This document shows positions 12,470-23,236 of a stretch of 64,000 nucleotides of DNA, piece by piece. Location: positions 138,200,001 to 138,264,000 of the forward strand of contig CM059432.1 of NCBI GenBank assembly GCA_030390025.1. Reading direction: 5' to 3'. A model generated the notes under the pieces. The model had not been told where the DNA came from. It saw only the letters and a list, made by a program, of their open reading frames with translations, and ran no database searches. Positions within the stretch are counted from its first letter, which is position 1. Every line of letters begins with the position of its first letter. This DNA is from Squalus acanthias (Eukaryota). Position numbers and translations under genes: made by a program.

Positions 12470-12905
12470 CAATGTTAGAATGTGGAACTTGCTACCGCAT
12501 GGACTGGTTGAGGCGAATAGCATAGATGCATTAAGGGGAAGCTAGATAAGTGCGTGAGGGAGAAAGGAATAGAAGGATATGCTGGTGGGGTGAGATGAAG
12601 CAAGGTGGGAGGAGGCTCGTGTGGAGCATAAACACCGGCATGGACCAGTTCGGGCTGAATTGCCTGTTTCTGTAAATTGCTGTAAATTCTAAGTATTTCT
12701 ACGCATTTATATAGCACCTTTCAGGACCTTATGATGTCCCAAAGTGCTTTACAACCAGTGAAGTATTTTGAAATGTATTCACTGTTGTAATGCAGGGAAA
12801 AGCAGCAGCCAGTTTTGCTCACAGCAAGGACCCACAAGCAGCAATGAGATACATGACCAGATAATCTTAGTGATGTTGATTGAGGGATACATATTGGCCG
12901 GGTCA
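12470..12905. mobile_element. CR1 3' tail (+, ~12470-12695) abutting a DeuSINE 3' half (-, ~12705-12905)
   Basis: Both pieces match other copies in the window. Confidence 0.7.
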
Positions 12906-13019
12906 CCTGTTTTTTTTTTTAACTTGCCGTTCATAAGTAAATAAACAATAAGAAAGCTACTCTGCCTTTTGTACTAGTTTTCCTTTATTCTACCCCTGCC
13001 AAGTTGTGTGGAGACAGAT

Positions 13020-13570
13020 GTAATCAGCTTACTAATGTGGCTCTTATTGGGGAAGAAATTCAAACCATTCATTTTTAAGGGTGTTTTTTTTCTAAATAAA
13101 TGTGGCACTTTTTGTACCCTTTTATTTGTGAATTAAATGGTACCTGCAGATACGAATGGCACCCTCGCTCAGCATTTATAGCCTCTTCGACTTGCCAGGA
13201 AATTGCATTCATTAATGTTGCTGGAATCTGTGAACATCCCAAAAGAGGAAAATCTAACATCTAAATTTGAGCGAGGAAATGGCTGAGTACTTACTATACG
13301 CAGCTGTGAATGAGAGAGAAAGCTGTCTCCAAAGGTTCTGCATGAAATCACCCCCTAACTGAACTTAACTCCCGGACTGTAAAATGGGTCTACGTCAAGC
13401 AGATGGCAGTAATTAAAAGGAGGGTATTTATTCATAACATGCTTTATTTACACCCAAATAGAGCAGAACCAGGAGGTGATTCCTTTTTCTCCACTATTAT
13501 TTATAACTGAGACTGTCCTCCATTAAACAAATGTCAGAAGCAATTAGAGATGTTTTTGCAAAAAATGATC
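13020..13570 (+). pseudogene. Possible very old L1-clade RT fossil
   Basis: Collinear degenerate motifs ISLL(N)V (~13023), EKA (~13316), KWV (~13382) and PFSPLLF (~13482-13502). Heavily frameshifted. Confidence 0.3.
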
Positions 13571-13838
13571 TCAAGATTGGTTCCACGCTGGAAAAAATGG
13601 AAAGATGATTAATATCAGATGCAGGTCTTTGTTGTTACTGTTCACTTCAGAGTATCATTCATTCTGAGTGTGTGATTTTTAATTTATTGCTTTTTGGGCA
13701 TTATGGGGGAAGCTTAAGATTTCCTTCCCTGGGAGTGTCAGCTGTTCGTCAGTGGTAGCACTCTCGTCTCTGAGCCAGAAGGTTGTGGGTTCAAGTCCCA
13801 CTCCAGAGACTTGAACACATAATCCAGGCTGACACTCT

Positions 13839-13958
13839 TGTAATGGAGCCACCTGGTGGACTACTGATGTATATAATAATAAAGCCATATGCAGTACAGT
13901 TCTTACCAGAAGCCGTGTTGTGCTGTTGTATATATATGCTGTGTCTCAAGATATCACA
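13839..13958 (+). repeat. Gypsy 5' LTR (120 bp)
   Basis: TGTAAT..CACA; contains TATATAA and AATAAA. Differs from the 3' LTR by 6 substitutions and one 3-bp indel (counted by eye). Confidence 0.95.
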
Positions 13959-13962
13959 GAAT

Positions 13963-13981
13963 TGGCAACGAGGATGGGATT
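13963..13981 (+). promoter_or_regulatory. Primer-binding site complementary to the tRNA-Ser(GCT) 3' end
   Basis: TGGCAACGAGGATGGGATT versus expected TGGCGACGAGGATGGGATT (recalled vertebrate tRNA-Ser(GCT) end), 4 nt after the LTR. Confidence 0.8.
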
Positions 13982-14113
13982 GCGGATTCCCTAGCTGACA
14001 TTTTTGTTGGAGGATAATCCTGCCAACCGACGGAAGGACAGTTAGAAAAACATAAAAATCCGAGGTAAGTTTCGAGCACACGCGGCTGAACTATCGACGT
14101 TGCCAGAGTCCAG

Positions 14114-15367
14114 ATGGCCACGCCTATGGGAATAATAGGGCGCTTGGGTGAGTTCCATCGTGACCGAGAGACTTTCGGAGCGTATGTGGAGCGGCTAGAA
14201 ATGTTTTTCACCGCGAATAGTATTTTCGAAGTCCCCGATGATATAAACCGTAACCGGGCGGTTTTAGAAATAAAACAGTCTATTTTTTGACTGAAGCAGG
14301 CCCCGAGGTGAATGAAACCCTGAAAAATGTGCTTGTTCCCGCCAAGCCGAAGGACACTCCACTGAAGGAGAACCTAACCAAGTTACAACAGCACCACAGT
14401 CCTGAGTCCCTGGAAATTGCTGAAAGTTATCGTTTTGGAACACGTGATCAATTAAATGACGAGGGTATCAGTGAGTACATTGTAGCTTTAAAAAAGCTAC
14501 CCATTCACTGTCATTTCGGAAACTTTCAGGACCGAGCTTTGCGTTACTGCTTTGTTTGTGGGTTGAAAAATGAACGTATCAGAAGTAAATTGTTGACAAC
14601 CCCTAACTTGACTTTTGACTTAGCTTGTCAGACAGCTATGTCGAAGATATGGCCGACCGATACTCCAAAGAGTTCTGCGCCGTTTCCAGTCGCCAGGTGA
14701 ATCGGCTGTAGGCTAAAAGTAAAAGGCAATTGGGCCCCAAGGCCTCAGCAACTGGCCAAGGTAACAGTGCATTGAAGTCGTGCTATCGGTGCCTGGGACA
14801 ACACATCGCTCAAAGCTGTCCATATGTGAAGGCAGAGTGTTTCAACTGCAAGAAAACTGGGTATCTTACGAAGGCGTGTCCACAGAAGAGTAAATTGACT
14901 GGCAATACTAGAAGTAGAAATCGCCAGACAGTACATACCGTTGAAGAGAAGCAGCAGGACGAGGAGTTTCTGGAGATTCACGTCATCAGGAGCACGAAGG
15001 TATCGAACAGCGATTTGTGAGGTATCGTCATCCAAGTAGATGTCGCAGGATCCAGGATACCCATGCAAATCGACACTGGTGCATCCGTGAGCGTAGTACC
15101 AGAATCACTATATCGCGACAAGTTGCGTGATTATCGACTAGAGAAATTGAAGGTAGAGCTGCGAGGCTACTCAGGAGAGCAAATCCCTGTAGTAGGAAGT
15201 GTCACCATACCAGTGAAATACAAGGATCAGTGTCAGAGCTTGCCTCGCATAGTAGTGGCAGGAGACAAGCCTGCCTTGATGGGTAGAAATTGGTTGGGAT
15301 CACTAAAGCTGGATTGGAATGAGATTTTTCGTGTGGAAGCGAAATTTGCATCGAAAAATGATGTCAT
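14114..15367 (+). pseudogene. Gypsy gag plus aspartic protease (frameshifted, with stops)
   Basis: ATG 14114 MATPMGIIGRLGEF..YVERLEMFFTAN; Zn knuckles CYRCLGQHIAQSC and CFNCKKTGYLTKAC; protease IDTGAS. Confidence 0.9.
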
Positions 15368-15799
15368 AGAAACATAGAAACATAGAAACATAGAATCTAG
15401 GAGCAGGAGTAGGCCATTCGGCCCGTCGAGCCTGCTCCGCCATTCAATATGATCATGGCTGATCATCCAAATCCAGTACCCAGTCCCTGCTTTAATCCCC
15501 ACAGTACACATATCCCACCCTACCCCCGTAACCCCACGTATTTAATTCCCCCTAACATATCCCATCCTATCCCCATAACCCCACATATTTAATCCCCCCT
15601 AACACTAAGGGTCAATTTATCATAGCCAAATCAACCTAACCCACACATTTTTGGACTGTGGGAGGAAACCGGAGCACCCGGAGGAAACCCACGCAGACAC
15701 GGGGAGAATGTGCAAACTCCACACAGACAGTCACCCGAGGTCAGATTCGAACCCGGGTCTCTGGCGCTGTGAGGCACCAGTGCTAACCACTATGCCACC
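15368..15799 (-). mobile_element. HE1-like V-SINE with a CR1-derived tail, nested in Gypsy pol
   Basis: tRNA head (GGTGGCATAGTGGTTAGCAC, GGTTCGAATC), V-domain 'TGTGTGGAGTTTGCACATTCTCCCCGTGTCTGCGTGGGTTTCCTCC', (TTTCTATG)n tail; TSD GTCAT at 15363-15367 and 15800-15804. Confidence 0.8.
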
Positions 15800-15804
15800 G
15801 TCAT

Positions 15805-18663
15805 CAAGCAGTATCCGAAGGTGTTCAGTGAAACGGGCAGTCCGATCCAAGACTTCAAGGCGAGTGTCAGAGTGCAGACGGACACAAGACCAGTTTACTG
15901 CAAGCCACGTCCCGTACCATACGCACTCAAGGAGAAAGTTGAGCAAGCATTCAAAAGACTAGAAACTGAGAACATTATCTCTAAGGTAGATCTGAGTAAT
16001 TGGGCTACACTCATTGTTGTTGTACCTAAGTCAGATGGTAAGGTAAGGTTGTGTGGTGATTATAAGGTAACCGTAAACCAGGTTCGAGAGTGTAATCTAC
16101 CCAATACGTTGCCAAATGTTGAAGATTTGTTCACAACGCTGACAGGTGGCCAGATCTTTTCGAAGTTAGATCTAACAAACGCCTACCTACAACTTGAGTT
16201 AGATGAAGAGTCCAAGTCATGCTCGACTATAAATACTCACCGAGGCCTATATCAGTTCAATAGGCTATCAGTTGGAGTGTCTTCTGCCCCCGACATATTC
16301 CAGGGGGTGAGGAATCAAATTGTGCAAGGTATTGAAGGGGTAGTGTATTATTTCGAAGACATACTCATTTCAGCACCAAACAGGCAAATCCATGATGAGG
16401 TGTTGAATGAAATGCTCAAACGGCTAGAGAAGCACGGAGTACAGGTGACAGCTCACAAGTGTGAGTTGTTTCAAAACTCAGTGGAGTACTTAGGGCACAG
16501 AGTAGACAAAGATGGTTTACATCCAACCAAGGGAAAGCTGGATGCAATCAGAAATGCCCCCACTCCCAAGAATGTCTCTGAACTTCGATCATTTTTGGGT
16601 CTTTTGAATTATTACGGAAAGTTCCTCCCAAATTTGGCTACATTGTTACATCCACTGAATGAGCTGTTGAGAAAACAGGTCCCTTGGAAGTGGTCAAAAG
16701 AATGTGACACAGCATTCAAAGAGTGTAAAAGCCAGTTAGTAGAGAGTACCATGTTAGTTCACTATGATGTATCTAAGGAGATCAAGCTAGCGTGTGACGC
16801 CTCTCCATACGGAGTTGGGGCAGTGATCTCTCATGTACTAGATAGTGGGGAGGAGAGACCAATTGCTTTTGCTTCACGCACTCTCAGTGCCAGTGAGCGG
16901 AATTATGCGCAGATCGAAAGGGAAGCTTTGTCATTGATTTTTGGGGTCAAGAAGTTTCACAAATACTTGTTTGGTCGTAAGTTTACCACAGTTACTGACC
17001 ATAAGCCCCTGACAGCAATCCTCCGTCCAAAGTCCCCAGTTCCAACATTAGCTGCAGCTCGAATGCAGAGATGGGCTTTGATTTTGTCAGCATATACGTA
17101 TGACATTGAGTACAGACGATCAGCTGATCACAGTAATGCTGATGCTGTGTCCAGGTTGCCATCCCCATCACAAGTTACACCCAATAAGGAAGAAATGTTC
17201 TATTTCTCATACATTGATGAGCTGCCAGTCACAGCTGAAGAGATTGGTAGGGCAACCAAACGTGACCCAATTATGTCAAAGGTGTATGATTACATAGCAA
17301 ATGGATGGCCAAACCAGGTATCAGAGGAAGATATCCATCCATACTTTGTTCGTAGGAATGAATTGTCAGTGGATAAAGATTGTATCATGTGGGGAGCAAG
17401 AGTGGTTATCCCAAATAGGTTCAAGTCTAAATTGTTAGGAGATCTTCATGACCAGCACCTGGGAATGTGCTTGACCAAGAGCTTTGCATGCAGTTACCTT
17501 TAGTGGCCAGGTTTAGATAAAGAGCTAGAGTACATAGTCAGTCAATGTACAACATGTCAATCGGTGGGCAAGAAACCACCATCAGTACCATTACAGCCAC
17601 GGAAATGGCCTCTCAGAGTGTGGCAAAGGTTACATGTAGATTTTGCATAGCTAGAAGGACAGCAATTGTTCATAGTGATTGATAGTCACTTGAAGTGGGT
17701 AGAGGTGTTTCCGATGCGGATAATAACAACAAGCAAAACACTAGACAATTTGTGAAGATTGTTTTCTTCATACGGCCTCCCAGAAGAAATTGTGGCTGAT
17801 AATGGGCCGCAATTTTGTTCAGAAGAGTTCACACAGTTCATGAGCAGAAACGGTGTGAAACATACCAAAGTTCCACCGTACCACCCTGCTTCAAATGGTG
17901 CAGCAGAGCGCACAGTACAACTTGTCAAACGTGCCCTCATCAAGCAAATGTTGGATCCAAATCTAAAGGAACGTGAGTTGTCGTTGGACCACAAACTGGC
18001 AAATTTTCTGATTACCTATCGGAATACTCCTCATACCACTACTGGTAGAAAACCAGCAGAGTTGTTTCTCAAATGACAGCCACGAACCAGGTTCTCGTTG
18101 TTAAAACCAAACTTGGCACAGTCCGTAGAAGAGAAACAATCAAGGCAGAAGGAGTCATGAGTTAGAGAGAGAAGTGTGAAGTTGAACCAGAAGGTTAGAG
18201 TGAAGAACCATCACCATAAATGATTAAAGTGGTTACCAGGAAGAGTAGTGAAGATATGTGGCCCTCAATCAAGATGTTTGATCATGGAAAGGTTAGGTTT
18301 GTGCACATTGATCATATCTTACTTACAGATGTGGAAGGAGTTGAAAGCTGGGATGATTTAATTTATTCTGATGAATCAGATAGTCTTGTTACAAGTAGAG
18401 TACCAGTAGCAAATCCTACATCAGACATACCAGAAACAAGTCCAAGACAAAGTCAGAATTTAAGTCTGAGCCCGAGTCAGGCAGACAAACAGTCTGAAAG
18501 TGTAAAGAGTCCAAATGTAGATCAAGGTCAGCCCTTGGAGAAAAATTCTCCACTGACTCAGCCTAAAATGAGTCAAAGTCCTACAACAAGATCTGAAAGT
18601 TCTGTTCAAGAAAGAAGGTCTCCTCTTCAAAACAGAAAACTAGTGGTTAAGTTTAATCTGTAA
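15805..18663 (+). pseudogene. Gypsy pol: RT, RNase H, integrase and Ser/Pro-rich C-terminal tail
   Basis: RLCGDYK, KLDLTNAYLQ, catalytic motif decayed to YFED, CDASPYG, TDHKPL, ADNGPQF, YHPASNGAAER; in-frame stops at 17501, 17648 and 18074. Confidence 0.95.
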
Positions 18664-18809
18664 ATATGGAAAATAAGTTCATATCTTTTGTTTGTGTTAC
18701 AGAATTCTAGAGTAGAATTTGGAAACATAAAATGGGTTCCATTATACACCATGCAAGTCATGTACAATGATTATTTGCATGATTAACTTCTTCAATAAGT
18801 AGGGAGAAC

Positions 18810-18926
18810 TGTAATAGAGCCACCTGGTGGACTGCTGATGTATATAATAATAAAGCCATGTGCAGTACAGTTCTTACCAGAAGCCATGTTGTGTTGTATA
18901 TATATGCTGTGTCCCAAGATAGCACA
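18810..18926 (+). repeat. Gypsy 3' LTR (117 bp)
   Basis: Direct repeat of 13839-13958, preceded by a polypurine tract. Confidence 0.95.
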
Positions 18927-19684
18927 ACTCCCAGTGCCAGCACTGAGGGAGCGCTGCACTGTCAGAGGTGCCGTCTTTCGGATGAGACATTAAACTGAGG
19001 CCCCATGTGCCCGCTCAGGTGGATGTTAAAGATCCCACAGCACTACATATACAACACTGACTACTGAAACAGAAACAACAACAACTTGCATTTATATAGC
19101 GCCTTTAGCGTAGTAAAACGTCCCAAGGTGCTTCACAGGAGCGTTGTCAGAAAAAATTTGACACCGAGCCACACAAGAGATATGAGGACAGGAACTTCCA
19201 GGGGGAATCCCCAGCGAAATTACACAAACGGCTAAAAAAGTCTGCTTACACCATTTCTCCGGGGTTTCTGCCAATCTTCTACTGGAGTTATGGCAGGAGA
19301 TCGGGAGAAATTCCATGGAAATTCCCCACCATTACTCCTAGCTGTTGGAAGATAAAATAAAACCCAAAATTCTCTGTTTGGATGAAGGATAACACAGAAA
19401 ACGTTATGCCATCTCTCTCTTTCAGATGTTGAAGGGGCTGCTGTGCATTTTCAGCAATTTTCTGTTCTAAGCGTTTGCAATTTTTTTTTTACGACTCATG
19501 CAGTGGTGGCAGTGCATCAAGGAGACACTCAGGTCAACGAGAGACTCCTGAAGCTACAATACCATCTGATAAATGGTGCAATTCCTGAAATGTTACTACC
19601 AATACTAACAGTGGCAGAGTGTAGTGGACATCTTTAGTTAGATTTCAATTAACATTAAATCATTATCCTGTATTCTTTACCTAT

Positions 19685-20322
19685 AGAAAGAAACACGTGC
19701 ATTTATATAGCACCTTTCACAACTTCAGGACATCCCAAAGCACTATACAGCCAATGAAGTAATTTTGAAGTGCAGTCACTGTTGTAGTGTAGGAAACACA
19801 GCAGCCAATTTGCACACAGCAAGCTCCCACAAACAGCAATGTGACAATGACCAGATAATCTGTTCTAGTTTTATAAATTTATGCATGCACAGGATGTGGG
19901 TGTTGCTGGCAAGGCCGGCATTTATTGCCCATCCCTAATTGTCCTTGAGAAGGTGGTGGTGAGCCACCTTCTTGAACCGTTGCAGTCCATGTGGTGAAGG
20001 GACTGCCACAGTGCTTTAGGTAGGGAGTTCCAGGATTTTGACCCAACAATGATGTTGACCAGGACACTGAGGATAATTCACCTTCTCTTATTTGAAATAA
20101 TGCCATGGGATCTTTTACGTCCACCTGAGAGGGCAGACCGAGCCTCAGTTTAACATCTCATCCAAAAGACAGCACGCACCTCTGACAGTGTAGCACTCCC
20201 TCAGTACCACACTAGGGTGCCAGCCTTAATTTTGTGTTCAAGGTTTACTGGAGTGGGACTTGAACCCACAACATTCATGATTCAGAGAGACAAGAGTGCT
20301 ACCCACTGAGCCACAGCTGACA
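19685..20322 (-). mobile_element. DeuSINE containing a nested LINE 3' end (~19880-20050)
   Basis: SINE head, core and tail on the minus strand; nested piece matches the 3' end of the 23237-25211 LINE family. Confidence 0.8.
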
Positions 20323-21324
20323 TATTCAAGACGACTGCGCATAAGTTATGGCACATAACACAAACTAACGTGTTTATAGGGGAAAAGGGCATTTTAGAAA
20401 AGGCTTTTTAGACCTGCAACAGAATAGGATGGTTTGAAGCTGATTAAAGAACTCCAAAGAATGACATTTAAACTGACTGGACTCTGGTAGTTCATGAATA
20501 ATGTGTTGCTTAACTGACCTGCTTAAGGTGAACAATGAACAGATTAGAATTTGCGACGGTAAAAAATGGGATCATTAACTTGCCTCTTAAGTGTGCTGTA
20601 TGTGAATGGATTGCAAAACTACCCACTTAAATACAATACTTTTATTGTTATTTACTTAACTCATCAAGCATCCACATAAAAAAAAATTGGGAGAAGAAGT
20701 AATTTATCTTTTAACTAACAATACACTTACGCATGGCTTACACTGAACAGGTGTAGACTTAAGTGGTCTTTATATTGGTCTTTATAGCATTATAAAATGG
20801 TGATGCTCATTACTGTGATACTGTATATTACAATCTCCAGATGGATACAGTGCCTAAGTGCAGTCTCCAGTAACATATTTTCCCCACTAAAATCATAATT
20901 GCACTGAACTATTTTATATCGCTATCTTAGGTTTAACTTGTGGTATAGGCAGCAGCCCCAGGGCGTTGCCCAAACTGGGATTGGAGTGCAATCAAAGAGA
21001 GAAATAATTGGCGCAATTAAATGGAACGGGTTGTGATGGACAGTTTCAACCTGAAACGTTAACCGTACTCTTCCACACGCTGACTGATTCGCTGCGCATT
21101 TTTCATGTTTTTACACAGAAAAGGGCGTGCTAAGATGCTTTTAAGAGGAAGCCGGATAAGTGCATGAAGGAGAAAGGTATAGAAGGACATGTCGATAGGG
21201 TGAGATGACGTAGGGGTGGGAGGGTGCTGGTGTGGAGCATAAACACCGCCGTAGACCAGTTGAGCTGAATGGCCTGTTTCTGTGTGGTAAAATTCTATGT
21301 CATTCTATGCAACACTGAACCAAA

Positions 21325-21920
21325 TTCAATTTGTTTATAAACAAAATATTTGGGAATCTGTCTCATAATGATATTCAATATTTAGACACCCGGGCAGTCA
21401 TGTAGGATTTAGATGGAACGCAGTGACATCATTTAATATACACACCGTGACAAATCTGTATCGTGGGTAGAAATTCATATCACCTTGACAGTGAATTAGT
21501 CACACAAATTGAACACGTCTCTGTGTATTATAGATACTTTTTTTTACTGAAACAGAACTATTTTTTAAATCCATTGATACATTAGCTCAATTAGTTTCAA
21601 ATGAAGATGTATAGGGATTACCACAAAAATTAATCCAACATCCAAAAAGGATGTGAAATAATGGTGTGAATCAAAACATTTTATTTGCAAGGATCAAACA
21701 TTTCCTGATATGGATTAAGATGTTTCCTGTTGAATGTGCTCTTTCTCTGCACATTAGAGGCATCCTATTCCTTATTTCTCTATATGTACAGTACTGCACT
21801 GTGCTCTATCTCGTTCAATTTGTTTTTAAACAAAAAACTGAGAATCTGTCTTGTAATGAAATGCAATATTTAGACATCTAGGCAGTCATGTAGGACTTGG
21901 GTGAAACACAGCGACATCAT
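21325..21920 (+). repeat. Dispersed direct repeat, ~108 bp x2 (21325-21432; 21814-21920)
   Basis: TTCAATTTGTTT..GAATCTGTCT..CAATATTTAGACA..GGCAGTCATGTAGGA..GACATCAT in both copies, ~83% identical by eye. Confidence 0.8.
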
Positions 21921-23236
21921 AGATGCAAAGGGATGACCTTGTGCAACATAGATGCACTTGAGGGGAAGCTAGATAAGCACATGAGGAATAGAAGGTTATG
22001 CTGATAGGGTTAGATGAAAAGGGGTAGGAGGAGGCTCGTGTGGAGGATAAACTCCGACACAGACTAGTTGGGCCAAATGGCCTGTGTCTGTGCTGTGAAA
22101 TACTATATAATTGTTCTATGTGAGAACGCCACATTGTGTTTGGTTGGAATGGCAGGTTCATCAGCTGCAGTGATTGGGAAAGGTCTGTTTTATGTATTTT
22201 TTATTGTCTCTAGTGGTAATTAATGACCAGAGCTCAGTTATTAAAGTTGTATTGATAAGGAAGTTTCGTCCCCTTGTTTTTGTTTTAACCGTCTGTTAAA
22301 CATCCTTGCCATTGTGATTTTCTCAGTCTGCGCAATACCCTGGGGTTACCACTTACGTAGCGCATGAACCGTAAGATATCAATATCAGTTGGATGCCAAT
22401 TTTAATGGAAAACATTGCTCAGCTTCATTCTTCTATGACTGAATAGTGTGTCAATAGTCACTGCCTAGACTCACATATGAAAATGACCACTTGGGTAAGG
22501 CAGCGCAAGGTGCCAGAGCCTGTCGAACTGCACCCCAGGGAAAATCAGTGCCTTCAATTCATTGATGAAATCTAAAACTGTGATATTTCAATCAAGAAAC
22601 TCAAGTCGGATACATTGACCAATCATTCAGAGCTTCTCGTAAATCAACGTGTCTTCCACACCAGAAAGTACATGCACGCGCGCACACACAGGCCATCCCT
22701 CCAAACACAGCCAAATATTTACACAGACTGATAGGTATACACAGACAGATGCATATACACAAATGGATATACATACACTTAAAGATATACATGCACAGTC
22801 AGATACACATACTCATATAGATACATATACACAGACAGATGCATATACACAGACAGATACACATACACAGGTAGATATGTATACACAGATATACAGTTAT
22901 AGACAAATATGTATGCACAGTTACACATACACAGGCACATGTATACAGACAGATGTGTGTGATAGACAAATATGGAGATGTTACATAGATTGATATGCAT
23001 ACACAGACACACAGATACAGACAGAGATGTGTACACGTGCAGATATAGAATTACATACATAGAGTTTTACAGCATAGGAACAGGCCATTCGGCTCAACTG
23101 GTGCTTATGCTCCACACGAGCCTCCTCCTACCCCACCCCATCTAACCCCACCCACAAAACCCTCTAATCCTTTCTCCCTCATGCACCCATCTAGCCTCCC
23201 CCCAAATGCATCTATGCGATTCGCCCCAAACACTCC

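Larger units (their letters stand above)
13839..18926 (+). mobile_element. Full-length, inactivated Ty3/Gypsy LTR retrotransposon (Mag/K02A2.6-like)
   Basis: TG..CA LTRs at 13839-13958 and 18810-18926; 5-bp TSD ACTCT/ACTCC; PBS; PPT AGTAGGGAGAAC; gag-PR-RT-RNaseH-IN order. Confidence 0.95.
13735..19046 (+). mobile_element. DeuSINE split by the Gypsy insertion (13735-13838 and 18932-19046)
   Basis: Joining the flanks restores 'GGCTGACACTCCCAGTG' of the SINE. Confidence 0.8.

Noticed and set aside
18220..18663. Extra ORF after the Gypsy integrase as a possible env or accessory gene
   Set aside because: No signal peptide or TM segment; it is the frameshifted Ser/Pro-rich pol C-terminus.
22601..23060. 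ORFs in the AC/AT-rich tract
   Set aside because: Translations of low-complexity repeat.
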